This document shows, piece by piece, positions 55,880 through 64,000 of a stretch of 64,000 nt of DNA. A program made the translations under genes and the position numbers. The stretch covers positions 14,619 to 78,618 of the forward strand of contig CAYZID010000001.1 in the NCBI GenBank assembly GCA_964478315.1, in the 5' to 3' direction. The DNA is from an uncultured Myxococcales bacterium. Its GTDB lineage: Bacteria; Myxococcota_A; UBA9042; PHBI01; JAAZYN01. A model generated the notes under the pieces. That model ran no database searches. It worked only from the letters and a program-made list of their open reading frames with translations, and was not told the origin of the DNA. Numbering within the stretch: position 1 is the first letter of the stretch; every line of letters begins with the position of its first letter.

Positions 55880-58819
55880 GTGAGTACGAAGAACCCACGC
55901 TCGTCGTCAGATGCTCCGGGAGCCCTGCGCGGACCCCGCCCGGCGGACGACCACCCGGCCACCGAGGAGGCGCTGCACGACGCCCTGGTCCGGGAGGCGC
56001 GCCAGGCCCAGGAGGCCCAGCGAGCGGCCAGCGAGCCGGCCCCGGGGATCCTCGCCTTTCGGGACATCGACGAGCGCGCGCTGTGGAACCCCAGCGCCAT
56101 GCTCCGCCGCCCGAGTTGGCCCGTGCGGTTCATCTCGCGCCTCATGTTCCGGCACGTGGCCTTCGAGCCGCGGCGCGTCGAGGAGATCCGCGATGCCACG
56201 CGCGAGCACCCCGTCGTGTTCGCCATGAACCACCACAGCCTGCTGGACTACCTCTACTTCAACTACGCCTTCCTCCAGTTCTCCCTCCCCCTCGCCTACT
56301 TCGCCAACAAGATGTCGCTGGCCTGGGCGCGCCCCCTGTGGCGGGTGGTCGTGGACGGCGTTCGTCGGCTCTTCGGACGCGTGGGGCGACGCCTCACCGA
56401 CGTGCAGCTTCTGCGCTTGGGTCTCGCTCGTGGCCGACCGGCTTTCGTCTTCCTCAAGCGCAAGGCGCTGTGGCCCTGGGCCAGCGGGGAGGCGGCGCCC
56501 AACACGTACCTGCGCGCCGTCCTCCAGGCCCAACGCGCTCGCCCCGCGGGCGCGCCCTCCATCCTCGTCCTGCCCCAGCTCCTCATCTGGTCCCAGGAGC
56601 CCGACCGCTACGAGCGTCGGCTACGCAGCCTCGTCTTCGGTAACCCCGACGTGCCCGGACGCGCCCGGAAGCTCATCAGCTTCCTCCTCAACCGCCGCCA
56701 CGCCTTCGTGCAGCTCGGCAAGCCCATCGACGTGGCCGAGTTCCTCGCGCGTCAACCCGCGGATCTCACGGACGGCGAGCTCGCGCGGAAGCTCCGCTTC
56801 GAGATCCATCGCTCTCTCAACCGCGAGGAGCGCGTCATCAAGGGCCCCATCCTCAAGGACGCCAAGCGCATCCGCGAGGAGATCCTCCGCACCCGCGAGA
56901 TGGCCCGAGACATCGAGGCCCTCGCCGAGGAGCTGGGGCGCTCGCGCGACCAGGTGGAGCGCCAGGTCTCTCGCTATCTCCGCGAGATGGCGGCGGACTT
57001 CTCCATCGCCTACATCGAGTTCATGGTCATCAGCCTGACGTTCATCTTGGACCGCCTCTACAACGAGGTCGTCCCCGACCTCGACGGGCTCGAACGCCTG
57101 CGCGAGGCCGGCCGCGAGGCGCCCCTCATCCTGCTGCCGAGCCACCGCAGCCACGTGGACTACCTCGTCATCAGCTACCTGTTCTACGCGAACGGACTCA
57201 TCGCTCCCCACATCGCCGCCGGCAAGAACCTCAACTTCTTCCCCATCGGCCACATCTTCCGCCGCTCGGGGGCCTTCTTCATCCGCCGGTCGTTCAAGGG
57301 CAACAAGCCCTACCAGCTCGCGTTCCGCGACTACCTGCGCAAGCTCATCAAGGAGGGCTACTGGATCGAGTTCTTCATCGAGGGGGGGCGCTCCCGCACC
57401 GGCAAGACCCTGCCCCCCAAGTACGGGATGCTACGGCGCGTGGTCGAGGCCATCCAGAGCGGCGCCGCCCCGGACGTCTACCTGGCGCCCATCGCGCTGG
57501 GCTACGAGCAGATCATCGAGGAGCGCGCCTACAGCGACGAGCTCTCGGGCACCTCCAAGAAGAAGGAGAACATCACCCAGCTCCTCAAGACGACCCGCGT
57601 CCTCTGGTCGCGCTACGGGCGCCTGTACGTGAACTTCGGCGAGCCCATCTCCTGCCGCGCCATGCTCGACGAGGCGGGCGTGGCGGACCTGCCGTCGTCC
57701 GACCCCCGCCACATTCACTTCGTCCAGCGGCTCGCCTATCGCGTCTTGCAGGGCATCAACCGTGTCACCGTCGTCACCCCCAGCGCCCTGGTGGCGGCGG
57801 CCCTGCTCACGCACCCCAAGCGCGGGATTCGCCGCTCGTTGCTCCTCGCCCGCGTGGGCTACTTCCTGGAGCTGGCCATCCGCAAAGGGGCCCCACTGTC
57901 CAAGACGCTCAGCCACGCCCTGCGGCTCCGTCGCCCCGAGATCGCCCAGGCCCTCGCCGCCCTGGACGAGTCGGGGCTCCGCGAGCGCGCCCTGTCTCGC
58001 GGCGCCGACACCCCCGTGGCGGTCGCGCGAGGGGCTGCCGTAGCCGAGGTCATCGACGAGACGCTCACGCGCTTCTTGGACCGCAAGCAGATCGAGGCCC
58101 ACCGCTTCGAGGACGAGCTCATCTACACCCCGGTCCCCAGCCGGCGCGTGGCGCTGGACTTCTACAAGAACAATCTCGTGCACCTCGTGGTGCGCGAGGC
58201 CATCTTCGCCGCCGCCGCCCGGGGGCTGGCACGGGGCGGGCGTGTGGCGGCAGCCGACGTCCACGACGCCGCCCTGTTTCTTTCGCGAACCTTCAAGTTC
58301 GAGTTCGTCTACGACCCCGAGCGCCCCTTCGATGACCAGTACGCCGAGACCCTTCAGTGGGCGCGGGACGTGGGCTTCGTGGAGCGCGCCTTCGTCAGCC
58401 CCCAAGCCGGCGAGGATGAGGGCGCGGACGCTCCTCCGGGCGAGGAACTCGTCCTCCCCGAGGCGGCCGCCGAGACCTTCGCGCTGTTCCACCAAATCCT
58501 AGAGCCCTGGCTCGAAGCCTACTGGGCCCTCGCCCGCGGCCTGGACCGCCACCTGCGCCAGCCCACACCCCAGCGCGAGCTCCTCAAGCGCATCCAAAAG
58601 GACGCCCGCATCCAATACCAGGAGGGCGACCTGTCCTGCCCCGAGTCCGCCAACACGGTGACCTTCAAGAACGCCCTCGAGGCCTTCGTCCAAGAGGGGC
58701 TCGTTCGTCGCACCGGGCACGGTCGCGAGACCACGCTGTCGCTGGCTCCCGCCACCGCCGAGGACCCTCAACGCCTCGCCGCCCTGGCCGAGTCCCTGCG
58801 CACCTTCTTCACCACCTGA
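55880..58819 (+). CDS. PlsB-like glycerol-3-phosphate acyltransferase with two acyltransferase modules
   Basis: Second module nearly identical to E. coli PlsB motifs (LPSHRSHVDYLVISYLFY...APHIAAGKNLNFFPIGHIFRRSGAFFIRRSFKGNKPYQLAFRDYLRKL...FIEGGRSRTGK). First module has an HxxxxD-like AMNHHSLLDY. Confidence 0.8.
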   Translation: MSTKNPRSSSDAPGALRGPRPADDHPATEEALHDALVREARQAQEAQRAASEPAPGILAFRDIDERALWNPSAMLRRPSWPVRFISRLMFRHVAFEPRRVEEIRDATREHPVVFAMNHHSLLDYLYFNYAFLQFSLPLAYFANKMSLAWARPLWRVVVDGVRRLFGRVGRRLTDVQLLRLGLARGRPAFVFLKRKALWPWASGEAAPNTYLRAVLQAQRARPAGAPSILVLPQLLIWSQEPDRYERRLRSLVFGNPDVPGRARKLISFLLNRRHAFVQLGKPIDVAEFLARQPADLTDGELARKLRFEIHRSLNREERVIKGPILKDAKRIREEILRTREMARDIEALAEELGRSRDQVERQVSRYLREMAADFSIAYIEFMVISLTFILDRLYNEVVPDLDGLERLREAGREAPLILLPSHRSHVDYLVISYLFYANGLIAPHIAAGKNLNFFPIGHIFRRSGAFFIRRSFKGNKPYQLAFRDYLRKLIKEGYWIEFFIEGGRSRTGKTLPPKYGMLRRVVEAIQSGAAPDVYLAPIALGYEQIIEERAYSDELSGTSKKKENITQLLKTTRVLWSRYGRLYVNFGEPISCRAMLDEAGVADLPSSDPRHIHFVQRLAYRVLQGINRVTVVTPSALVAAALLTHPKRGIRRSLLLARVGYFLELAIRKGAPLSKTLSHALRLRRPEIAQALAALDESGLRERALSRGADTPVAVARGAAVAEVIDETLTRFLDRKQIEAHRFEDELIYTPVPSRRVALDFYKNNLVHLVVREAIFAAAARGLARGGRVAAADVHDAALFLSRTFKFEFVYDPERPFDDQYAETLQWARDVGFVERAFVSPQAGEDEGADAPPGEELVLPEAAAETFALFHQILEPWLEAYWALARGLDRHLRQPTPQRELLKRIQKDARIQYQEGDLSCPESANTVTFKNALEAFVQEGLVRRTGHGRETTLSLAPATAEDPQRLAALAESLRTFFTT

Positions 58820-58855
58820 CCCGCCGCTCAGCCGGCGCCCCTCGCGAGGTCCTTC

Positions 58856-59476
58856 ATGGCCCCACACGCTCGCCCCTCCCTCTGCCACGGCCTCCTCCGC
58901 CTGGGAGGCGCCAGCCTCGTGACCTTCGCCGCGCTGGCGGCCTGCGCCGCCGCTCCGGCCCCGCGCGCGCCCTCGCCCGCGGCCCCCGCCGCGCGCGAGC
59001 CGGCCCCGCCACCCACGCGGCGCGCCGCGCCGTCGGCGCCCGACCCGTCCCGCGCTGCGCGCGAGGCCCTGGAGCGCGAGTACCGCGACCTGGCCCTCAA
59101 GAACCGCTGCCCCCAGGGCAAAGCCTCGCTCCAGGGGAGCTGGCGCTTCATCGGCAAGAGCCGCACCCCCGGCTTCCGCGACGAGTTGGACGTGCACGGT
59201 ACCCACTTCGTGGAGCGCCTCTCGGGCCGCCCAGACGGCAAGCCCCTCACCGCCCGCCTGGAGGGCGAGATCCGCTGCCTGTTCTCCAACCGCGTCCTCG
59301 TGATGGTGGACAAGGTCGAGCCCGAGGGCGCCTTCGACAACCACGCGGGCGACGCCTTCCCCTGCGATGTTCTGGGCGCCATGGACGGGAGCCGCGACCG
59401 CTTCCTCTTGCTGTGCTTCTTCGACTTCGATGTCCGCCCCGTGGCCGGCCGGGAGTTCGAGTACGGGCGGCGCTGA
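58856..59476 (+). CDS. lipoprotein, unknown function
   Basis: Signal peptide with LAACAAAP. Pro/Ala-rich linker, then globular domain. Confidence 0.5.
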   Translation: MAPHARPSLCHGLLRLGGASLVTFAALAACAAAPAPRAPSPAAPAAREPAPPPTRRAAPSAPDPSRAAREALEREYRDLALKNRCPQGKASLQGSWRFIGKSRTPGFRDELDVHGTHFVERLSGRPDGKPLTARLEGEIRCLFSNRVLVMVDKVEPEGAFDNHAGDAFPCDVLGAMDGSRDRFLLLCFFDFDVRPVAGREFEYGRR

Positions 59477-59490
59477 GGGGCGCGGGAGTC

Positions 59491-60516
59491 TCAGGGCGCG
59501 CCGTCCGCGTCCCGCTTGAGGTGGGCGGCGAGGCGCTCTAGCCCCTCTTCGAGCGCCACGCGCGGCTGGTAGCCCAGTCGAACGCGCGCGTCGTTGGCGT
59601 CGTAGCGGGTCTGGCGGCAGACGTGCCGCACGAATCGCGCCGAGTATGGGGCGTCATAACGGCTCCAGCGCCCGGCCTTCTCGAACGCGCGCCCCGCCGC
59701 CACCGCGGCCCGCACGGGGATCCACACCCGCGGCTCGGGCAGGCCGGCCGCGCGCGCCAGGCCCCGGATGTAGGTGGGCCACGGGGTCGCGGCTCCGTCG
59801 TGGACGGTCACCAGCGCCCCGTCGAGCCCCGCCCGGTCCACGGCGAGCTCCACGGCGTCCACCAGGTTGTCCACCCAGCAGTGGGTGAACAGCCCGCCAC
59901 CCTGGCGCCCGTAGAGCACCGGTACGCGCCGCCGCAGGAGGTTCAGGGGGCGCTCTACCCAGCGCGTCCCGCCCGGGCCGTAGAGATCCCCCGCGCGGAC
60001 GATGACGGCCGGCACCTGGCTGCGCTCGATGGCGTCTCGCACCAGGCTCTCCGCGGCCGCGCGCGCGGCCACCGCCGGGTAGGGAGAGTCCAGCGCCAGG
60101 GGGGTCGTCGCGTCCCCCACGGGCCCCGGGTCGCACCCCAGGACGTTGATCTCCGAGATGTAGACGAGCCGCTCGATCCCCACCGCGGCCGCGGCGTCCA
60201 GGACGTTCTGCGTCCCGGTGACGTTCACCCGGCGGTGCTCCTCGTCGGGCGCTCGGTCGTCGAGGACGGTGGCGGCGTGGACCACCACGCGGGGCCGCAG
60301 CCGCTCGAAGACGCGCAGGACCTCGGCCCCTTGGGTCACGTCCATGCGCACCGTGGGCAGCTCCCCAGCCCGCACGTCCACGCCCTGCACGGACGCCCCC
60401 GCCCCGAGCAGCCGGCGCGTGAGCGCCTGCCCCAGCAGCCCCGCGGCGCCCGTCACCAGGACGTCCACCGGCCCCTCGGCGCCCCCTCCGAGCGCGCTCT
60501 CGTGCGTGTGGGTCAC
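59491..60516 (-). CDS. NAD-dependent epimerase/dehydratase family protein
   Basis: Rossmann motif (VLVTGAAGLLGQAL) and SDR extended-family features. Confidence 0.75.
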   Translation of the reverse strand: MTHTHESALGGGAEGPVDVLVTGAAGLLGQALTRRLLGAGASVQGVDVRAGELPTVRMDVTQGAEVLRVFERLRPRVVVHAATVLDDRAPDEEHRRVNVTGTQNVLDAAAAVGIERLVYISEINVLGCDPGPVGDATTPLALDSPYPAVAARAAAESLVRDAIERSQVPAVIVRAGDLYGPGGTRWVERPLNLLRRRVPVLYGRQGGGLFTHCWVDNLVDAVELAVDRAGLDGALVTVHDGAATPWPTYIRGLARAAGLPEPRVWIPVRAAVAAGRAFEKAGRWSRYDAPYSARFVRHVCRQTRYDANDARVRLGYQPRVALEEGLERLAAHLKRDADGAP

Positions 60517-60564
60517 GTCTCGATGGTAGGTCTTCGGGCGCTCGCCGTCACGCCCCTTGCCCGC

Positions 60565-61950
60565 TCACGGTGTGGGCGAGTCCTCGGCGTGGCTCGGCGC
60601 GAGCGTCCGTGCGTAGGCGATCCAGCTCCATACCTCTCGCGACGCGCGCGGCGTGACGGTCTCGCGGGCCGCGTCGCTGAACCAACCCAGGGCCTCCTCC
60701 ACCTGCCCGGCGCGCACGTAGAGCTTGCCCAGGTCGTAGGCGGGCCACCATCGGGTAGAGCGGGGCCAGGTCCAGCGGTCCAGGTGGGCGGCGGCGGCCG
60801 TGAAGGCCGTGAGGGCCTCGTTGGGTCGGTCCATGGCGAGGAGGGCCTTCCCCAGCCGCCAGCTCGTCATGGGCACCGGGCCGATGGCGAGGGCGTGCGT
60901 GTAGAGGCGCACGGCCTCCTCGGTGCGGCCTCGCGCTTCGGCGAGGGTCGCCAGGTTGTGGAGCACTGCGGGGTCGTCGGGGCCCAGGAGGCGGGCCTCG
61001 TCCAGGGCGGCCGCGGCGCCGTCCAGGTCGCCCCCGTGCTTGCGCACGACCCCCAGGAGGTTCAAGCGCCGTCGGCGCGCGTGCGGATCGCTCCCCGTGA
61101 GGGCGACGGCTTTCTCCGCGGCGCGTGTGGCCCCGTCCTCGTCGCCGAGCTCGTCCAGGGCGTCCGCGATGCGCTCCCACGTGCCGGCCTTGGCCGCCAG
61201 CCCCAAGGCCGCCGCGCGCTGGAGGGCCTCCACGGCCTGCCCCCACTCCTCGGCCGCCATGGCGGCCTCCCCCAGCACGCGCCAGGCGACGCCTAGCTCG
61301 GGCATGTGGGTCACCGCCAGGCGCGCGCGGTCCATGGCCTCGCCGGGCTTGTCCAGAGCGATAGCCAGGCGCGCCGACAGGAGGTCCGCTGCGCCCTGGG
61401 TGGCGGGCGTCTGGCGGAGCTCGGCGATGCGTCGCTCCACGGTGCGCACGACGCCCGCGCGTTCCTCGGCGTGGCCCCGGATGCGCAGCGCCTTGATGGC
61501 CCCGAGCGCGGGGGCCATGGCCTTGGAGCGCGCCTCCATGGCCCGGAAGTAGTCCTGCCGGGCCTCCTCGAACAGGCCGCTCTCCAGGGCGGCGTCGCCC
61601 TCGATCATGGCGGCGCGGTAGCCCTCGGCGTCGTCGGTCGTGGGCTCGTCGCGGGACTCACGCTCGCCGGCGCGTCGGCGTCGGTTTCCCTCGGGGCCGC
61701 GGTCCGCCGCTTGGGCGGGCTTTGGCTCCTGTGCTGCGTCGCGTGCCGCCGCTTCCCCGTCGCGCGCTGCGGCCCTGGGGGCGGCGTCATCGGCGCGTTG
61801 GGAGCAGCCGGCTCCCGGTATGAGGCCCGAGGGGGCGAGGACGACCAGCGCGGTTACCGCCCAGCGGGTGAGCGCAGCGCGGAGCGGTCCCCCCGGGGCG
61901 CTCTCCGCGGGTGCCACTCGTGCTCTCGTAGGTTTCGGGTGGGCGCGCAT
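60565..61950 (-). CDS. TPR-repeat lipoprotein
   Basis: ATG at 61950. Lipobox (LIPGAGC). Multiple TPR-like helices (LGKLYVRAGQVEEAL...). Confidence 0.6.
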   Translation of the reverse strand: MRAHPKPTRARVAPAESAPGGPLRAALTRWAVTALVVLAPSGLIPGAGCSQRADDAAPRAAARDGEAAARDAAQEPKPAQAADRGPEGNRRRRAGERESRDEPTTDDAEGYRAAMIEGDAALESGLFEEARQDYFRAMEARSKAMAPALGAIKALRIRGHAEERAGVVRTVERRIAELRQTPATQGAADLLSARLAIALDKPGEAMDRARLAVTHMPELGVAWRVLGEAAMAAEEWGQAVEALQRAAALGLAAKAGTWERIADALDELGDEDGATRAAEKAVALTGSDPHARRRRLNLLGVVRKHGGDLDGAAAALDEARLLGPDDPAVLHNLATLAEARGRTEEAVRLYTHALAIGPVPMTSWRLGKALLAMDRPNEALTAFTAAAAHLDRWTWPRSTRWWPAYDLGKLYVRAGQVEEALGWFSDAARETVTPRASREVWSWIAYARTLAPSHAEDSPTP

Positions 61951-62109
61951 GCCGCGGAGGATAGCAAGGGCCCGCCGCGGGGACCACGAAGACCGCAATC
62001 CCCCTGGTCTGTGCTTGCGAATCGCGTAATGCGCCGGGCGTGCCACCGGCTCGTCGCCGTCGCTGCGGGTCTGCGGTATGGTTGGTGCGCGTTCGGTCGG
62101 AGGGAGTGC

Positions 62110-63882
62110 ATGAGCAACGATCCGCAGGAAGAGGTAGCCCGGAAGGTCGTGGAGGCGTTGGGGGCCGCGCACGCGGCGGGGCGCCGGGGGTTCGTCGTCG
62201 TGCGGGCCGCCAATCCGGCGGTCGTGGACGCGGCTCGGGATCTTCTCCAGACGGCGCGTACGCCGCACGGCTGGCGCTCCCTCCCCGTGGCCGAGTTGGA
62301 TCCGCCCGACCTGCTGGGCTTTATCATGCACGCCGGGACCGACCGGGGGCCGGCGTTCTTGGCCTACGACCTGCCTCGCGACCTCGAGGGCCGCGTCCAG
62401 TCCGGCTTCATCGAGCATCTCATCCAGCGGACGCCCGCCTACCTGGCGAGCCGCACGCTGCTCGTGCTCATCGTTACCGTCCAGGAGATGCGCGCCGTGA
62501 GCGGCCCGGCGGGGTCGTTCTGGTCTAGCCGGGATCTCCTGGTGGCGTGGCCCAAGATCGAGGCATCCAGCCGGTACGTGCCCGCGGTGGTGTCCGGCGG
62601 GATCCAGCAGCCCCAGCGCGGCGGGATGCAGCGACCGCGCCAGGGGGGCGTGGCGGGAGTTCGAGGGGGGGGCATCTCGGCCATGGCCGCGGGGCAGATG
62701 GCGGGGACCTTCGCCGGGGCGGTGGGCGCCGCGCCAGCGGGGGCGCTGGGCGTCCAGGGGGCGAGCTCGCTGGTTCAGGACCCCGATCACACGCCTTGGG
62801 CCGGCGCGCCCTTCGGGTATGACAGCGAGGAGGTCCCCGAGTACCTCATCACGTCCGCGGCGCCGGCGGGGCGCCGGTGGGGGCGGGACCTGGCCCCCGA
62901 CGACCCCGAGGGGGCGTCCCTCATCGACTCGTGCCGGGAGCTGCTGGACGCCCGGCGCACGGAGGTCGCCCGCTCCCAGCTTGCCCGCGCCGCCAAGCGG
63001 TTTCGGAAGTCGGGCAACCCCGTGGCGGCGGCGGAGTGCTACGTCATGCTGGGGCGCGCGGCGGAGGACCGCCTGGACCACCGCGTGGCCTTCGACTGGT
63101 ACAAGGCGGCCCTGGACGCCTACGAGCAGATCGAGGACCAGGCCGGCTACTCGGACTGCGCCGGCTATCTAGGCTACCTCCGCTTCCTTCACGGGGACCT
63201 CGACGGCGCCGCGGAGGCCTTCCGGCGGGCCCTACAGCGCGACGAGGCCGCCGAGGACGAAGCGCGGCAGTCCACGGGCCAGCGGAGGCTGGGCATCATC
63301 TTCGAGGAGACGGGCAAGCTCGACGAGGCCCTGGAGGCGTTCGAGAAGGCGGCGGCCATCGAGCGCAAGCACAACGATCGGCGGACGCTCTCGCGGAGCC
63401 TCAACCACATGGCCCGTATCCAGCGCCGCAAGGGTGAGCTGGACAAGGCCGAGGAGCTGCTCACCCAGAGCCTGGAGATCAAAGAGGAGCTCGACGACTC
63501 CTACGGGCTGGCGTCCGGCTATCACGAGCTGGGCAACCTGCGCTATCAGCGCCAGGAGCTGGACGCCGCCCTGGAGGCCTATGAGAAGGCGCTCACGTTG
63601 GAGCTCGAGCAGTCCGACGTGGCCGGCGTGGCCGCCACCGAGGCGCAGCTCGGGCTCGTGCAGCGGGACCGCTTCGTCTTCACCGACGCGGCGCGGTCGT
63701 TCCTCTTGGCGCGCGAGCTGTTCGAGCGCCTCCAGTCCCCCCACGTAGGCGTCATCAACAAGGCCCTGGAGGCCGCGCGCGAGAGCATCGACGCGTGGGA
63801 TTACGCGAACATCGAGACCGAGGTCCAGGAGTGGCTGGAGGAGTTTCTGGCGCCGCCCGAGGAGGAGCCCGAGGAGGGATAG
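62110..63882 (+). CDS. TPR-repeat protein with N-terminal alpha/beta domain
   Basis: ATG at 62110 with GGAGGGAG upstream. C-terminal half has at least 6 TPR-like repeats (ELGNLRYQRQELDAALEAYEKALTL...). Confidence 0.6.
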   Translation: MSNDPQEEVARKVVEALGAAHAAGRRGFVVVRAANPAVVDAARDLLQTARTPHGWRSLPVAELDPPDLLGFIMHAGTDRGPAFLAYDLPRDLEGRVQSGFIEHLIQRTPAYLASRTLLVLIVTVQEMRAVSGPAGSFWSSRDLLVAWPKIEASSRYVPAVVSGGIQQPQRGGMQRPRQGGVAGVRGGGISAMAAGQMAGTFAGAVGAAPAGALGVQGASSLVQDPDHTPWAGAPFGYDSEEVPEYLITSAAPAGRRWGRDLAPDDPEGASLIDSCRELLDARRTEVARSQLARAAKRFRKSGNPVAAAECYVMLGRAAEDRLDHRVAFDWYKAALDAYEQIEDQAGYSDCAGYLGYLRFLHGDLDGAAEAFRRALQRDEAAEDEARQSTGQRRLGIIFEETGKLDEALEAFEKAAAIERKHNDRRTLSRSLNHMARIQRRKGELDKAEELLTQSLEIKEELDDSYGLASGYHELGNLRYQRQELDAALEAYEKALTLELEQSDVAGVAATEAQLGLVQRDRFVFTDAARSFLLARELFERLQSPHVGVINKALEAARESIDAWDYANIETEVQEWLEEFLAPPEEEPEEG

Positions 63883-64000
63883 AGGGATAGGGGGACGATG
63901 ACGCTTAGGGCAGTTCCCATCCTGAAAAGCCTCCCGTCGCCGCGACGGCCGCTGCACGCACCATGCGCGTCCCCGCAACCACTTGAAGTAGCGCTGCTAC

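Noticed and set aside
59623-61296. 557-aa plus-strand ORF
   Set aside because: Antisense of the epimerase and TPR lipoprotein genes.

Overview
The window is high-GC DNA, consistent with a myxobacterium or related deltaproteobacterium. Most of it is a housekeeping backbone, interrupted at about 29.5 to 50.5 kb by an integrative element that sits in the 3' end of a tRNA-Thr(CGT) gene.

Backbone genes, left to right:
- An L,D-transpeptidase (YcbB-like), a HlyC/CorC-family transporter, and a coiled-coil protein paired with a Ycf46-like AAA ATPase.
- mltG, ruvX, a CPBP protease, scoAB and recJ.
- The conserved queA-tgt-yajC-secD-secF block.
- Two tandem HU genes.
- A minus-strand operon yhhQ(preQ transporter)-coaBC-udg-sulfatase with overlapping stop/start junctions.
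- Right of the element: a 1127-aa Cys-rich lipoprotein, an MlaC-like protein, a PlsB-like acyltransferase and TPR proteins.

The element:
- It is bounded by the intact tRNA (attL) and a 44-bp exact copy of the tRNA 3' half (attR). attR still carries an encoded CCA and an intrinsic terminator.
- A tyrosine integrase sits at the attR end.
- A TGACACCCACG(C/G) motif occurs twice near attL and once near attR and looks like integrase arm-type sites.
- Inside is only the tail half of a contractile-tail phage: a tape-measure C-terminal fragment, baseplate J, a LysM+gp25 fusion, a V-like protein, and tail fibres including a beta-helix and a LamG protein. No head, packaging or recognisable sheath/tube genes are present, so this is probably a deletion-derived prophage remnant.
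- Between the baseplate and fibre modules lies an AT-richer cargo block: a DUF5131 (three-Cys, Gp37/Gp68) plus TcmP-like pair, a BRO-N antirepressor, a divergently transcribed leaderless RHH gene coupled to a 90-aa ORF, a DUF2335 membrane protein, and two secreted/membrane proteins.
- This cargo block is the most likely home of an uncharacterised accessory (defence or modification-like) system.

Coordinates come from the supplied ORF track plus manual reading. No database search or GC computation could be run. Many long ORFs in the track are antisense or GC-frame artefacts and were rejected.
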